Source of the DNA: Actinomycetes bacterium
GTDB taxonomy: Bacteria; Actinomycetota; Acidimicrobiia; IMCC26256; VFJJ01
Length of the DNA stretch: 64,000 nt
Direction of reading: 5' to 3'
NCBI GenBank assembly: GCA_031362415.1
Contig: JANLSK010000006.1
Location: 21,868 to 85,867 of the forward strand
Positions within the stretch are counted from its first letter, which is position 1; every line of letters starts with the position of its first letter. A model generated the notes under the pieces. The model was not told the origin of the DNA. It did not search any database and saw only the letters and a program-made list of their open reading frames with translations. Positions 33,431 to 42,089 of this stretch are shown here, in pieces. Made by a program: the position numbers and the translations under genes.

Positions 33431-35135
33431 AACGCTCCATCCGGTCGAAGGCGCTCTCGAGAGCCGCAAGCCGCTGGTGGTACTCGTTGCGATAGCTGCC
33501 GTGGGTGATGACGTAGCGCGCATCGGCGAGGAGATCGGCCACGAGGTTGCGCACGGCGTGCTCGGGCGTGGCCACCTGCTCGGGACCCATGCCGCTGCTC
33601 GCGAGCAACACCTCGATGTCGTCGGGGAGCAGGACCCACGCCCCCGTGTCTGCCGGACGGGCGAGTGCGCTGCTCTCGAGGTGACGCGTCATCATCCCCG
33701 CCGGGAACACCACGGTGACACCGATGCCCTCGTGGGCGAGCTCCTGGCGCAACGTCTCCCCGTAACCCAGCACGGCGAACTTGCTCGTCTGGTAGGCGCC
33801 GAGACGCTCGCTGGGCACGAGCACACCCGACGACGCCGTGAGCACGATCCGCCGCCAACCCGATCGCCGCCGCAGCAGGGGCAGGAACGACGCCACCGTG
33901 CGGACGGTCCCCAGCACGTTGACGTTGATCACCCATGCCCAGTCGTCGTCGGTGAGCCGGTCGATGGCCCCGAACTGTTGCACGCCAACGTTCGCGCACA
34001 GCAGATCACAGCCCCCGAGTCCGGTCTCGACGGCGGCCGCGGCATCGGCCAGGGAACCGAGGTCGCCCACGTCGACCCGGATCGCCATGGTCGCCACGCC
34101 GTGCTCGCTCGCCAAGGTGGTGGCCACGGCTCGAGCCCGGTCTTCGTCGATGTCGAGCGTAGCGATGGCCATACCCGCTTCGGCGAAGCGCCGGCACATC
34201 GCTGCGCCGAACCCCGAACCCGCTCCGGTGACCACGGCGATCCGACCGGCCAGCTCGGTCGGATCGGCAACCCCGGTCGACTCGCCACCCTCGGGAGATT
34301 CAGTACCTTCGGTGGGCTGCCCCGGCTCCACCGGTTCGGCGCTCATCGTGGCCACTACGACGCCGGCGATGCGCCCGTCATCACCGAGGACAGCGGGGGG
34401 CTCGTCGTCATGGAAGGTCACCGAGCATCGGTGGGACGCGTCCTTGTGCACGATCACGTCGGCGTTGGCCATCGTCGGTGCGATGTGCTGTTCGAGATTG
34501 GGGCGGTTGACCTGGGCCCACACCATTGAGGCCATGTCGATGCGAGCGCCGACATCGAGACCTGTGAACTGCCGGTAGAACGAGCCCGGATCGTCTGCGG
34601 CCGCGTCGCACAGCCCGAGAAACCGCTCCACGAACCACGCCTCGACGTGTTCATCGGCAGCGTCGACGTAGACACGACAATGCAGCCGCTCGGCAAGCAG
34701 CGGCGCCAACGCATTCACGCCTTCGAAGATCACGGTGCCCGCTCGCTCGATGCGGAGCGTGTTGACCGGGTCGATGTCGTAGAGGTCGTGCGAGTACAGC
34801 GGCGCCTCGACCACGGGCTGGCCGCCTCGCAGCGCGTCCAGGAACTCGACCATCGCTCCCACGTCATAGGTGTCGGGAAATCCCTTGCGGTACAAGGCGC
34901 CCTGCTCGCAGAGAACCGAGTTCGAGAGCAAGAAGCCATCGGTGGATACGACCACCGCACCCGTAGCGTCGGCGACGGCACGGGCGATGGTGGTCTTGCC
35001 TACGGCGACGGCTCCAGCGATGCCCACGATGAACGGCGCATGCTGGCAGCGGCACCGCTCGATCGCCTCGAGCAGGCCACCGAGCTCGTCACCGGGCTCG
35101 TCACCGGGCCGGCTCGAAGTCGCCGCTCCGGTCAC
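33426..35135 (-). CDS. type I pantothenate kinase-like (CoaA/uridine-kinase fold) P-loop kinase fused in frame to an SDR oxidoreductase
   Basis: GTG 35135 overlaps the upstream stop (GTGA). The N-terminal half has FIVGIAGAVAVGKTTIARAV...VSTDGFLLSN...YRKGFPDTYD...PLYSHDLYD (CoaA pattern). After the linker PVEPGQPTEGTESPEGGEST comes GRIAVVTGAGSGFG...YQTSKFAV (SDR). No stop codon separates them. Confidence 0.75.
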   Translation of the reverse strand: MTGAATSSRPGDEPGDELGGLLEAIERCRCQHAPFIVGIAGAVAVGKTTIARAVADATGAVVVSTDGFLLSNSVLCEQGALYRKGFPDTYDVGAMVEFLDALRGGQPVVEAPLYSHDLYDIDPVNTLRIERAGTVIFEGVNALAPLLAERLHCRVYVDAADEHVEAWFVERFLGLCDAAADDPGSFYRQFTGLDVGARIDMASMVWAQVNRPNLEQHIAPTMANADVIVHKDASHRCSVTFHDDEPPAVLGDDGRIAGVVVATMSAEPVEPGQPTEGTESPEGGESTGVADPTELAGRIAVVTGAGSGFGAAMCRRFAEAGMAIATLDIDEDRARAVATTLASEHGVATMAIRVDVGDLGSLADAAAAVETGLGGCDLLCANVGVQQFGAIDRLTDDDWAWVINVNVLGTVRTVASFLPLLRRRSGWRRIVLTASSGVLVPSERLGAYQTSKFAVLGYGETLRQELAHEGIGVTVVFPAGMMTRHLESSALARPADTGAWVLLPDDIEVLLASSGMGPEQVATPEHAVRNLVADLLADARYVITHGSYRNEYHQRLAALESAFDRMERS

Positions 35136-35812
35136 GACTTCGTGGCCCGTCGTTGCGCCTTGACGCGGGCGTGCTCGAGGTCGATCGGAGCGGTGCGCTC
35201 GCGTTTGATCTCGGCGAAGTTGTCGTAGCGGGCGAGCCAGGAAACGTGGCGCCAGAGCTCGACGGCGTCGGCGTCGTTGGGCGGGGAGCTGATGACCGGG
35301 CCGAACACGGCCGAGCCCTCCCCGTCGTCGAGCACGATGGTGGCCACGCCGAACGCTCCGACCCGGGCGTGCACGGCTCGGTACTCCTCCTGCAACCGGT
35401 CCCAGGTCGAGACGTCGGCCTGGGCCTTCTCGTACAACGTCGGGTCCAGCGCGCTGTCGCGGAGTGCGGCCTCGACCACCGCCGCCTCGGCCAGGTTCTC
35501 GACCCCGTCCCACGTGCGGGCGCCCAACGCCTCGTAGAACCGAGCGACGCCTTCGTTCCCTGCGACGTCGCGAACAGCCACAGCCGTGCGCAACGCCCGT
35601 ATCCCCTTACGTTTCACTGCCTCGTCGATGCTCAGCTCATGATCGGGCGCGTTGTGCAGCTCCAGAGAGAAGAATCGCCACGACGCTTCCACCACGCCGA
35701 GCTCGACCAGCCGGCGGACCCATTTCGAGGTCAGGTAGCACCAGGGTCACAACGGGTCGAAGTAGAAGGCGATGCGTTCGCGTGCGTCGGGTGCGGTCTG
35801 ACCAGAGGGCAT
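35132..35812 (-). CDS. DsbA-like (Rv2466c/mycoredoxin-2 type) thiol reductase with Sec in the active site: U-P-W-C (TGA 35749..35747, codon 22 of 226)
   Basis: The track ORF starts at 35695 (GTG), but the frame is open upstream apart from one TGA. From ATG 35812 it reads MPSGQTAPDARERIAFYFDPL-U-PWCYLTSKWVRRLVELGVVEASWRFF... The TGA occupies the first Cys position of the thioredoxin-fold CxxC motif. The C-terminus VFGPVISSPPNDADAVELW...FAEIKRERT also fits this family. Confidence 0.75.
35696..35715 (-). promoter_or_regulatory. possible SECIS-like hairpin downstream of the UPWC TGA (weak)
   Basis: mRNA GCCGGCU-GGUCG-AGC(U)CGGC is a 7-bp stem with one bulged U and a GGUCG apical loop. It begins 32 nt after the UGA, which is at or beyond the usual distance limit. 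Confidence 0.3.
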
Positions 35813-35832
35813 GAGCCCGAGAGTACCGTGAT

Positions 35833-36714
35833 TCACTCCGAGGCAAACCAGGCGCCAGCCTCGGTGCGGACGCGTCGCAGGCCGTCAAGCGCGTCACGGG
35901 TACGAGCCCAGGGCTTCACGACCAGACGGTCGACACCCAGCTCGGCCCAGCGAGCGATGTCGTCGTTGCCGATGGTCGGATCGAGCGTGCAGACGGTGAT
36001 CGAGAACGGCTGGTCCTGCACCGCCCTGCCGACAGCCTCGGTTTCGAGCCGAAGCCGCCGGAGCTCGGCGATCTGCCCGGCGGCTGACTCGAACGTGTGG
36101 GGCATGCTCATCCAACCGTCGTGACGCGCCGCGCGGCGGAGCGCGGCTGGGGACTCCCCGCCCACGAGCACCGGCGGATGGGGCCGCTGCACCGGCTTGG
36201 GCTCGAACATCACCGGATCGAAGCGCCAGAACTCGCCCTCGTGGGCCACGACCTCGTCGGTCCACAGGCGTTTCGCCACCGTGAGGGCCTCGTCGAGCCG
36301 ACGGCCCCGGGCCGCGAAATCGGCATCGGGGCCCAGGGTCGCCGTCATCTCCGCGGCGAGCCATCCGGCACCGACGCCGATCTCGGCCCGTCCTCCGCTC
36401 ACGATGTCGAGGGTCGTGAACGCCCGAGTAGCGATGAACGGATGCCTGAGCCCGAACAGGTAGACGAATGTACCTAATCTAATCTGCGTCGTCCGGGCCG
36501 CGATGAAGCACAGGAGCGCCGGGTAGTCGTGCAGCGGTGTCGACGGAGGAACACCGGCCGACGACCCGTCTGCGTAGAGCGCTCCTGTCATGTCGAGCGG
36601 GAACACGAGATGATCGGGGGTCCACACCGACTCGTAGCCCAGCTCGTCGGCGAGCATCGCGGCTTCGATCCATTGCGCCGTATGGAGATGCGAGAGGGCG
36701 ATGCCGAAGCGCAT
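35833..36714 (-). CDS. LLM-class (luciferase-like) flavin/F420-dependent oxidoreductase
   Basis: MRFGIALSHLHTAQWIEAAMLADELGYESVWTPDHLVFP... starts from ATG 36714. The track start at 36762 adds 16 unlikely residues. Confidence 0.85.
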   Translation of the reverse strand: MRFGIALSHLHTAQWIEAAMLADELGYESVWTPDHLVFPLDMTGALYADGSSAGVPPSTPLHDYPALLCFIAARTTQIRLGTFVYLFGLRHPFIATRAFTTLDIVSGGRAEIGVGAGWLAAEMTATLGPDADFAARGRRLDEALTVAKRLWTDEVVAHEGEFWRFDPVMFEPKPVQRPHPPVLVGGESPAALRRAARHDGWMSMPHTFESAAGQIAELRRLRLETEAVGRAVQDQPFSITVCTLDPTIGNDDIARWAELGVDRLVVKPWARTRDALDGLRRVRTEAGAWFASE

Positions 36715-36908
36715 TCGTGTGTCCCGTCTTGTGGCGTCACGCCAGGTTGCGTGTTTCGACACTCAGCGTCGTGGCCCCGGCCCCGCTGTCGGCCGTCCGA
36801 CAACCTCGACCGTACCTGACATGCCGGCCGCGGGCTCGGGCGGCCGGCGAGCGAAGGTCGGGATCGGCAGCGTACGGAAGGACGTCCGAATGCGCTTCCG
36901 CGGAACGG

Positions 36909-37265
<357 letters not shown>

Positions 37266-37572
37266 ATCCACTCACCCTTCTGTTGAGCCCTATCGGAGGT
37301 CTCTCGCTTCTTGGGGTCTACTGACGCTTTCGTGGGTGGGTGACGGGTCGGTGGGGCGAGGGTCTGGGTGCGCACGCCGTTCCGGTTTTACGTTTCCAGC
37401 TGTTGGAGGCCGGCGACGGAGGGCAACGGCGACCACCAGACCAGACGTTTTCTTCGCGCCGCGATTGAGAGTTGATCGACACGGTCATACGACCCGGCGA
37501 CACGGTGACGTCACCGCTCGACTTCGGGACGCTCGCCAGGCGAACGTGCCAGGCGGGCTTGCTGGCGCCGGC

Positions 37573-38388
37573 TCAGGTGCGGTAGGTGGTCTCGGACGGG
37601 AGGCGGCGCCAGCCCTTGGCTGCGCTGTTGCCACCGTCGAGCGCTATCGAGCATCCGGTGACGAACCGGGCGAGATCGCTGGCGAGAAACAGGCACACCC
37701 CGGCGGCGTCGTCGGCCGTGGCGAAGTACCCGAGCGGCGGTGTGTACGTGGGCTCGAAGGCGATGTCGGGCTGGTCGACCTGGCTCATCATGTTGGAATC
37801 GCCGGTGGTTTCGACGGCGTCGACGGCGATCGAGTTCACCCTGATCTGCCTCGGGCCCAGCTCCAGCGCCAGGCTCTCCGTGAGGCTCGCCATGGCTGCC
37901 TTCATCGCCGCGTAGATCCCGAAGCCCGGCGCTGCCTGGCCGGCCTCGATCGAGGTGACGTTCACGATCGAGCCACCGTCGCCCATGAGCGGGACACACT
38001 CCCGGATGAACGTGGTGCACTGCGTGAAGTTCTCGTCGATCATCGCCTGTTGGCCCTTGTCATTCGTGACCATGAAATCAGCCAGGAACGACCCGCCCGC
38101 GTTGTTGACGAGCACGTCGACCTTCCCGAACCCCGCCGCCACCTCGGCGATGTGGATGCGGACGGCATCGGCGTGGCGCACGTCGATCACCGCCTCGATG
38201 GCTTGCCGTCCCGTGGCCCTGACAGCCGCGGCCGTCTCGGCCAACCCCTCGGCGTTGCGGTCGCAGATGGCCACGTCGGCCCCGAACCGTGCGAACGCCC
38301 GTGCCGTCGCTGCGCCGATCCCGCTCGCCGCCCCCGTCACCACCGCCAGCCGATCGGTCAGCAGCACAGCATCCGGCCCGAAGATCAC
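37573..38388 (-). CDS. SDR family oxidoreductase
   Basis: 271 aa. Contains LAVVTGAASGIGAA, NNAGG and YAAMKAAM. Confidence 0.9.
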   Translation of the reverse strand: MIFGPDAVLLTDRLAVVTGAASGIGAATARAFARFGADVAICDRNAEGLAETAAAVRATGRQAIEAVIDVRHADAVRIHIAEVAAGFGKVDVLVNNAGGSFLADFMVTNDKGQQAMIDENFTQCTTFIRECVPLMGDGGSIVNVTSIEAGQAAPGFGIYAAMKAAMASLTESLALELGPRQIRVNSIAVDAVETTGDSNMMSQVDQPDIAFEPTYTPPLGYFATADDAAGVCLFLASDLARFVTGCSIALDGGNSAAKGWRRLPSETTYRT

Positions 38389-38649
38389 CGCCGCAGGTTA
38401 TCGAGGCGCCCACGTCTCAACGGCACAGCGTCTGCGGAGCGACCGTTCTGGCGCGACACGGCGACGGTCAGCCCGTGATCGATCAGCAGTCCGGGAGGTG
38501 GTGATCCACCTCATCGGCTACGTCGGTACGCCCTCGAGCGGGAGCCTGTACCAGGCCGCCGAGTTGGCGATCGCCGCCCACGTCCGAGCCACCGGCAACC
38601 TCGACAGTGCCCACAGCCCCGAGTCCCTCGACAGCCACGGAGCAATGTC

Positions 38650-39523
38650 GTGAACGAGCCCACCCCGGTGGGGTTCGTCGGTGTGGGACGGATGGGCTCG
38701 GCCATGGCGCTGCGCGTCCTCGACACGGGCGGAGCGGTCATCGCCTACGACACCGCAGCCGAACCCCTCAGGCAGCTCGCCGAGGCCGGTGCCGCTATCG
38801 AGTCGTCGCCGGCCGGCGTGGCCCGGCGGTGCCCTGTCGTTTCGGTGGTCGTCAACGACGACGCCCAGGCCCGTGCCGCCGTCACCGGCCCCGACGGGAT
38901 CCTCGACGGGGCCGAGGCGGGTTCGGTCGTGGCCATCCACTCCACGCTGCATCTCAGCACCCTCGAGGAGCTGGCCGCCGCTGCGGCGCTCCGGGGCGTT
39001 GCCGTCGTTGACGCTGCGGTCACGGGAGGGGCCGACGCAGCCCGGCGCGGCGAGCTGGCGGTGATGCTCGGCGGTGCGCCCGAAGCCCTTCAGCGCCTGC
39101 GCCCCGTCGTCGAACGCTACGCGTCGTTCGTCGTGCATGCCGGCGACCTCGGCGCGGGGATGGCGGCCAAGGTCGCGCTCATGGTCGTGTCGTTCGTCAA
39201 GCTGGCCGCAGCCTCCGAGGGACTGGCCCTGGCTCGGGCCGCGGGTGTCGATCTCGACTTAGTTCGTACAGATCGTGCGCCACACCGAAGCCCAGAGCGG
39301 CATCCACGACTTCTTCCTCCGCGAGCGAGCCCGACTCATCGTCGATCCGGACGGCCCCCTCGCCGAGATCGCCCGCGTCGAGACGCCCAAGTCGCGCAAG
39401 GATCTCCACGCCGAGCGCGAGCTCGCCGCCCGCCTCGGCCTCTCGCTGCCCATCACCGCTGTCACCCACGACGAGATGCCCACGGTCTGGGGCGCCTCCC
39501 TCGAAGGGCCCGCCGTAGTCTGA
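38650..39523 (+). pseudogene. 3-hydroxyisobutyrate/6-phosphogluconate dehydrogenase-family NAD(P) oxidoreductase with one frameshift near 39262
   Basis: The N-terminal part (track ORF 38650..) has VGFVGVGRMGSAMA...AKVALMVVSFVKLAAASEGLALARAAGVDLDL and then turns into Arg/Pro junk. The sensible continuation FVQIVRHTEAQSGIHDFFLRERA...PITAVTHDEMPTVWG is track ORF 39275..39523 in another frame. One extra nucleotide at about 39262 (gac tta g ttc) explains the shift. Confidence 0.7.
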
Positions 39524-39578
39524 CGCCAACGTCAGTTGCGGACGCGCAGGAAGCGCAGGAAGCGCCGGGAGGATCGCT

Positions 39579-42035
39579 ATGAGCACCAGCGAGCACGACG
39601 ACGACCGAGACGAGCGCGCAGGAACCGAGGGGCTTCTCGCCGGGGTGCGGATCGTCGATCTGGCCGGGGAGCCCGCGGCCATGACCGGAAGAATCCTCGC
39701 CGACTTGGGCGCCGAGGTCGTCAAGATCGAACCGGTCGACGGCGATCCGCTCCGCCGGCGGGGGCCGTTCCATCCCGACGGCCGCTCGCTGCGTTTCGAG
39801 GCCTGGAACGCCGGGAAGGTCTCGGTCGTCGTACAGGGCGCCGACGACCCGGCGCTCGACGCGCTGTTCCAGAGCGCCGATGTCGTGATCGACACCCCCG
39901 GCTTCGCCGGCTCGTGGCAGATCGATCCGTCCCGGGCTGCGCAGGCCGTCTGGGTGTCGGTCACGCCGTTCGGGCGCACCGGACCCTGCTCGCACTGGGT
40001 CGGCACCGACCTGGGAGCCATGGCGGCCTCGGGGAACATGTTCTCGACCGGCGATCCCGACCGACCGCCCGTCCGCTGCACGGAGCCCACGGCGTACGCC
40101 CACAGCGGGCCCGAGGCGGCGCTGGCGGCGCTGGCGGGCCTTGCGACGGGACGGCCGCAGCTCGCCGACGTGTCGATGGCCGAGACCGTCGGCATCGCGT
40201 CGATGGGCTCGACGGGCCGGTACTTTCGCGACGGCGTCCGCGGGCAACGTCAGGGGGCGGTCACCGGGCGAACTCGCGAGATCTGGCCCACCAAAGGCGG
40301 CGGTTTCGTGAGCTTCGGCCTCCGGGGCGGCAAGGCGCGCGTCCCCACCCTGGAGCTGATCACCAAGCTGGTGTACGAGGACGGCATCGAGAGCTCCGTG
40401 CTCGACCGCAACTGGGAGACCTACTCGCCCACAACCGCAAGCGCCGACGAGCTGCGGGCCATGGAGACCGCGATCGGCGAGTACTTCTCGCGCCACACGA
40501 TGGGCGAGCTGTTCGACATCGCCTGCAAGACCAACCTGATGCTGGCGCCCACGGCCACGAACCTGGTGATCCTCGAGTCGAAGCAGCTCGCCGCTCGGGA
40601 GTACTTCGGGCCGGTCGGCGACATCGGGGCGTTCCCCCGGGCGTTCACCATCGTGCGCTCTGTCGACGGTCGAGCTGCTCCGGCCCGTCCGAGTGCCGCA
40701 GCGCCCCTCCTCGGCGCAGGCCCGTCGCCTCCCTGGACCTCGCACGGACCTGAGCGCCGCGAGCCGCCCGCAGGCGCTCCCGGACGCCCGGCGTGGGAGG
40801 GCACCCGCATCCTCGAGTTCGGCTCGGGAGCGGCCGGGCCCATCGCCACCCGCTTCTTCGCCGAGCACGGGGCCACCGTGGTGCGAGTGGAGTCGCGTAC
40901 GCGCCCCGACTTCCTCCGCGTGTACGCCCTCGGGCCCCAGAATCCCCACGGCCTCGAGGGGGCCGACATGTTCGACGCGCTCAACGTGGGTAAGCGCACG
41001 ATCTCGCTCGACCTCAAGAAGCCCGAGGCCAAGGAGGTCGCCGTGCGGCTCTTCCAATGGGCCGACGGGGTGTGTGAAAACTTCGCTCCCAAGGCCATGC
41101 GCAATTTCGGGCTCGACTACGACTCGATGGCCGCGCTCAAGCCCGACCTGGTGATGATCTCGGCCTGTCTCAACGGCAACACCGGTCCGTACCGCGACTA
41201 TCCCGGCTTCGGCGGTCAAGGCTCGGCGCTGAGCGGTTTCAACTGGCTCACCGGCTGGCCCGACAAGGAACCGGCGGGCCCCTTCGGAACCATCACCGAC
41301 TCGTTGGCTCCCCGCTTCGTGGCCGCCGGTCTCGCCGCGGGCCTGCTGTATCACCGCCGGACGGGCCGCGGGTGTTATCTCGATCTGGCCCAGGTGGAGG
41401 CCGGTATCTATACCCTCTCGACCGCTATCCTCGATGGCGCGGTGAACGCCAACGTGGTCACCCGAAACGGGAATCGCCACGACGCGGCCGTCCCCCACGG
41501 AGCGTTCCGATGCGCTGATGCACCTGGCGATACCACCCGTCCAGAGGGTGCCGGAACTGTCGGCGATCGTTGGATCGCCATCGCCTGCTGGGACGACGAG
41601 CAGTGGGCCCGTCTGGCGAACGAGATCGGCGGTGCGGCGCTCAACGCGGGCCTGTCCGACCTCTCTGGTCGCCGGGCCCGCATCGGCGAGGTGGAGGCAC
41701 TGGTGAACTCCTTCACAAGCTCCAAGCAGGCCATGGAGATCGCGGAACGCTTGCAATCACTGGGGATCGAGGCGGTCCCGGTCAACGACTTCCACGACTG
41801 CTTCATCGATCCCCAGCTCACCCACCGTCAGCACCTCGTGGCCTTGACCCACCCGTTTCTCGGGGAGGGTCGCTACGAGCGCAACGGCTTCCGGCTGTCC
41901 GACGCCGACGCGGTCGCCGAGGGTTACTGGCGGGCCGGGCCGACGCTCGGACAAGACAACGAGTGGATGCTCGACCAACTCGGTTACACCCCCGCCGAGA
42001 TCGCCCACCTCGCCGACGTCGGCGCCCTGGCGTGA
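39579..42035 (+). CDS. tandem-duplicated family III (CaiB/BaiF) CoA-transferase (two complete modules in one 818-aa chain)
   Basis: Module 1 starts LLAGVRIVDLAGEPAAMTGRILADLGAEVVKIEP. Module 2 starts WEGTRILEFGSGAAGPIATRFFAEHGATVVRVES. Each is followed by about 350 aa of family-III-like sequence. Confidence 0.85.
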   Translation: MSTSEHDDDRDERAGTEGLLAGVRIVDLAGEPAAMTGRILADLGAEVVKIEPVDGDPLRRRGPFHPDGRSLRFEAWNAGKVSVVVQGADDPALDALFQSADVVIDTPGFAGSWQIDPSRAAQAVWVSVTPFGRTGPCSHWVGTDLGAMAASGNMFSTGDPDRPPVRCTEPTAYAHSGPEAALAALAGLATGRPQLADVSMAETVGIASMGSTGRYFRDGVRGQRQGAVTGRTREIWPTKGGGFVSFGLRGGKARVPTLELITKLVYEDGIESSVLDRNWETYSPTTASADELRAMETAIGEYFSRHTMGELFDIACKTNLMLAPTATNLVILESKQLAAREYFGPVGDIGAFPRAFTIVRSVDGRAAPARPSAAAPLLGAGPSPPWTSHGPERREPPAGAPGRPAWEGTRILEFGSGAAGPIATRFFAEHGATVVRVESRTRPDFLRVYALGPQNPHGLEGADMFDALNVGKRTISLDLKKPEAKEVAVRLFQWADGVCENFAPKAMRNFGLDYDSMAALKPDLVMISACLNGNTGPYRDYPGFGGQGSALSGFNWLTGWPDKEPAGPFGTITDSLAPRFVAAGLAAGLLYHRRTGRGCYLDLAQVEAGIYTLSTAILDGAVNANVVTRNGNRHDAAVPHGAFRCADAPGDTTRPEGAGTVGDRWIAIACWDDEQWARLANEIGGAALNAGLSDLSGRRARIGEVEALVNSFTSSKQAMEIAERLQSLGIEAVPVNDFHDCFIDPQLTHRQHLVALTHPFLGEGRYERNGFRLSDADAVAEGYWRAGPTLGQDNEWMLDQLGYTPAEIAHLADVGALA

Positions 42036-42089
42036 TCGGCGCTTGGGAGTGACGGCGTAACGACGCATCGGCGTGACGGGTCACGGGCA

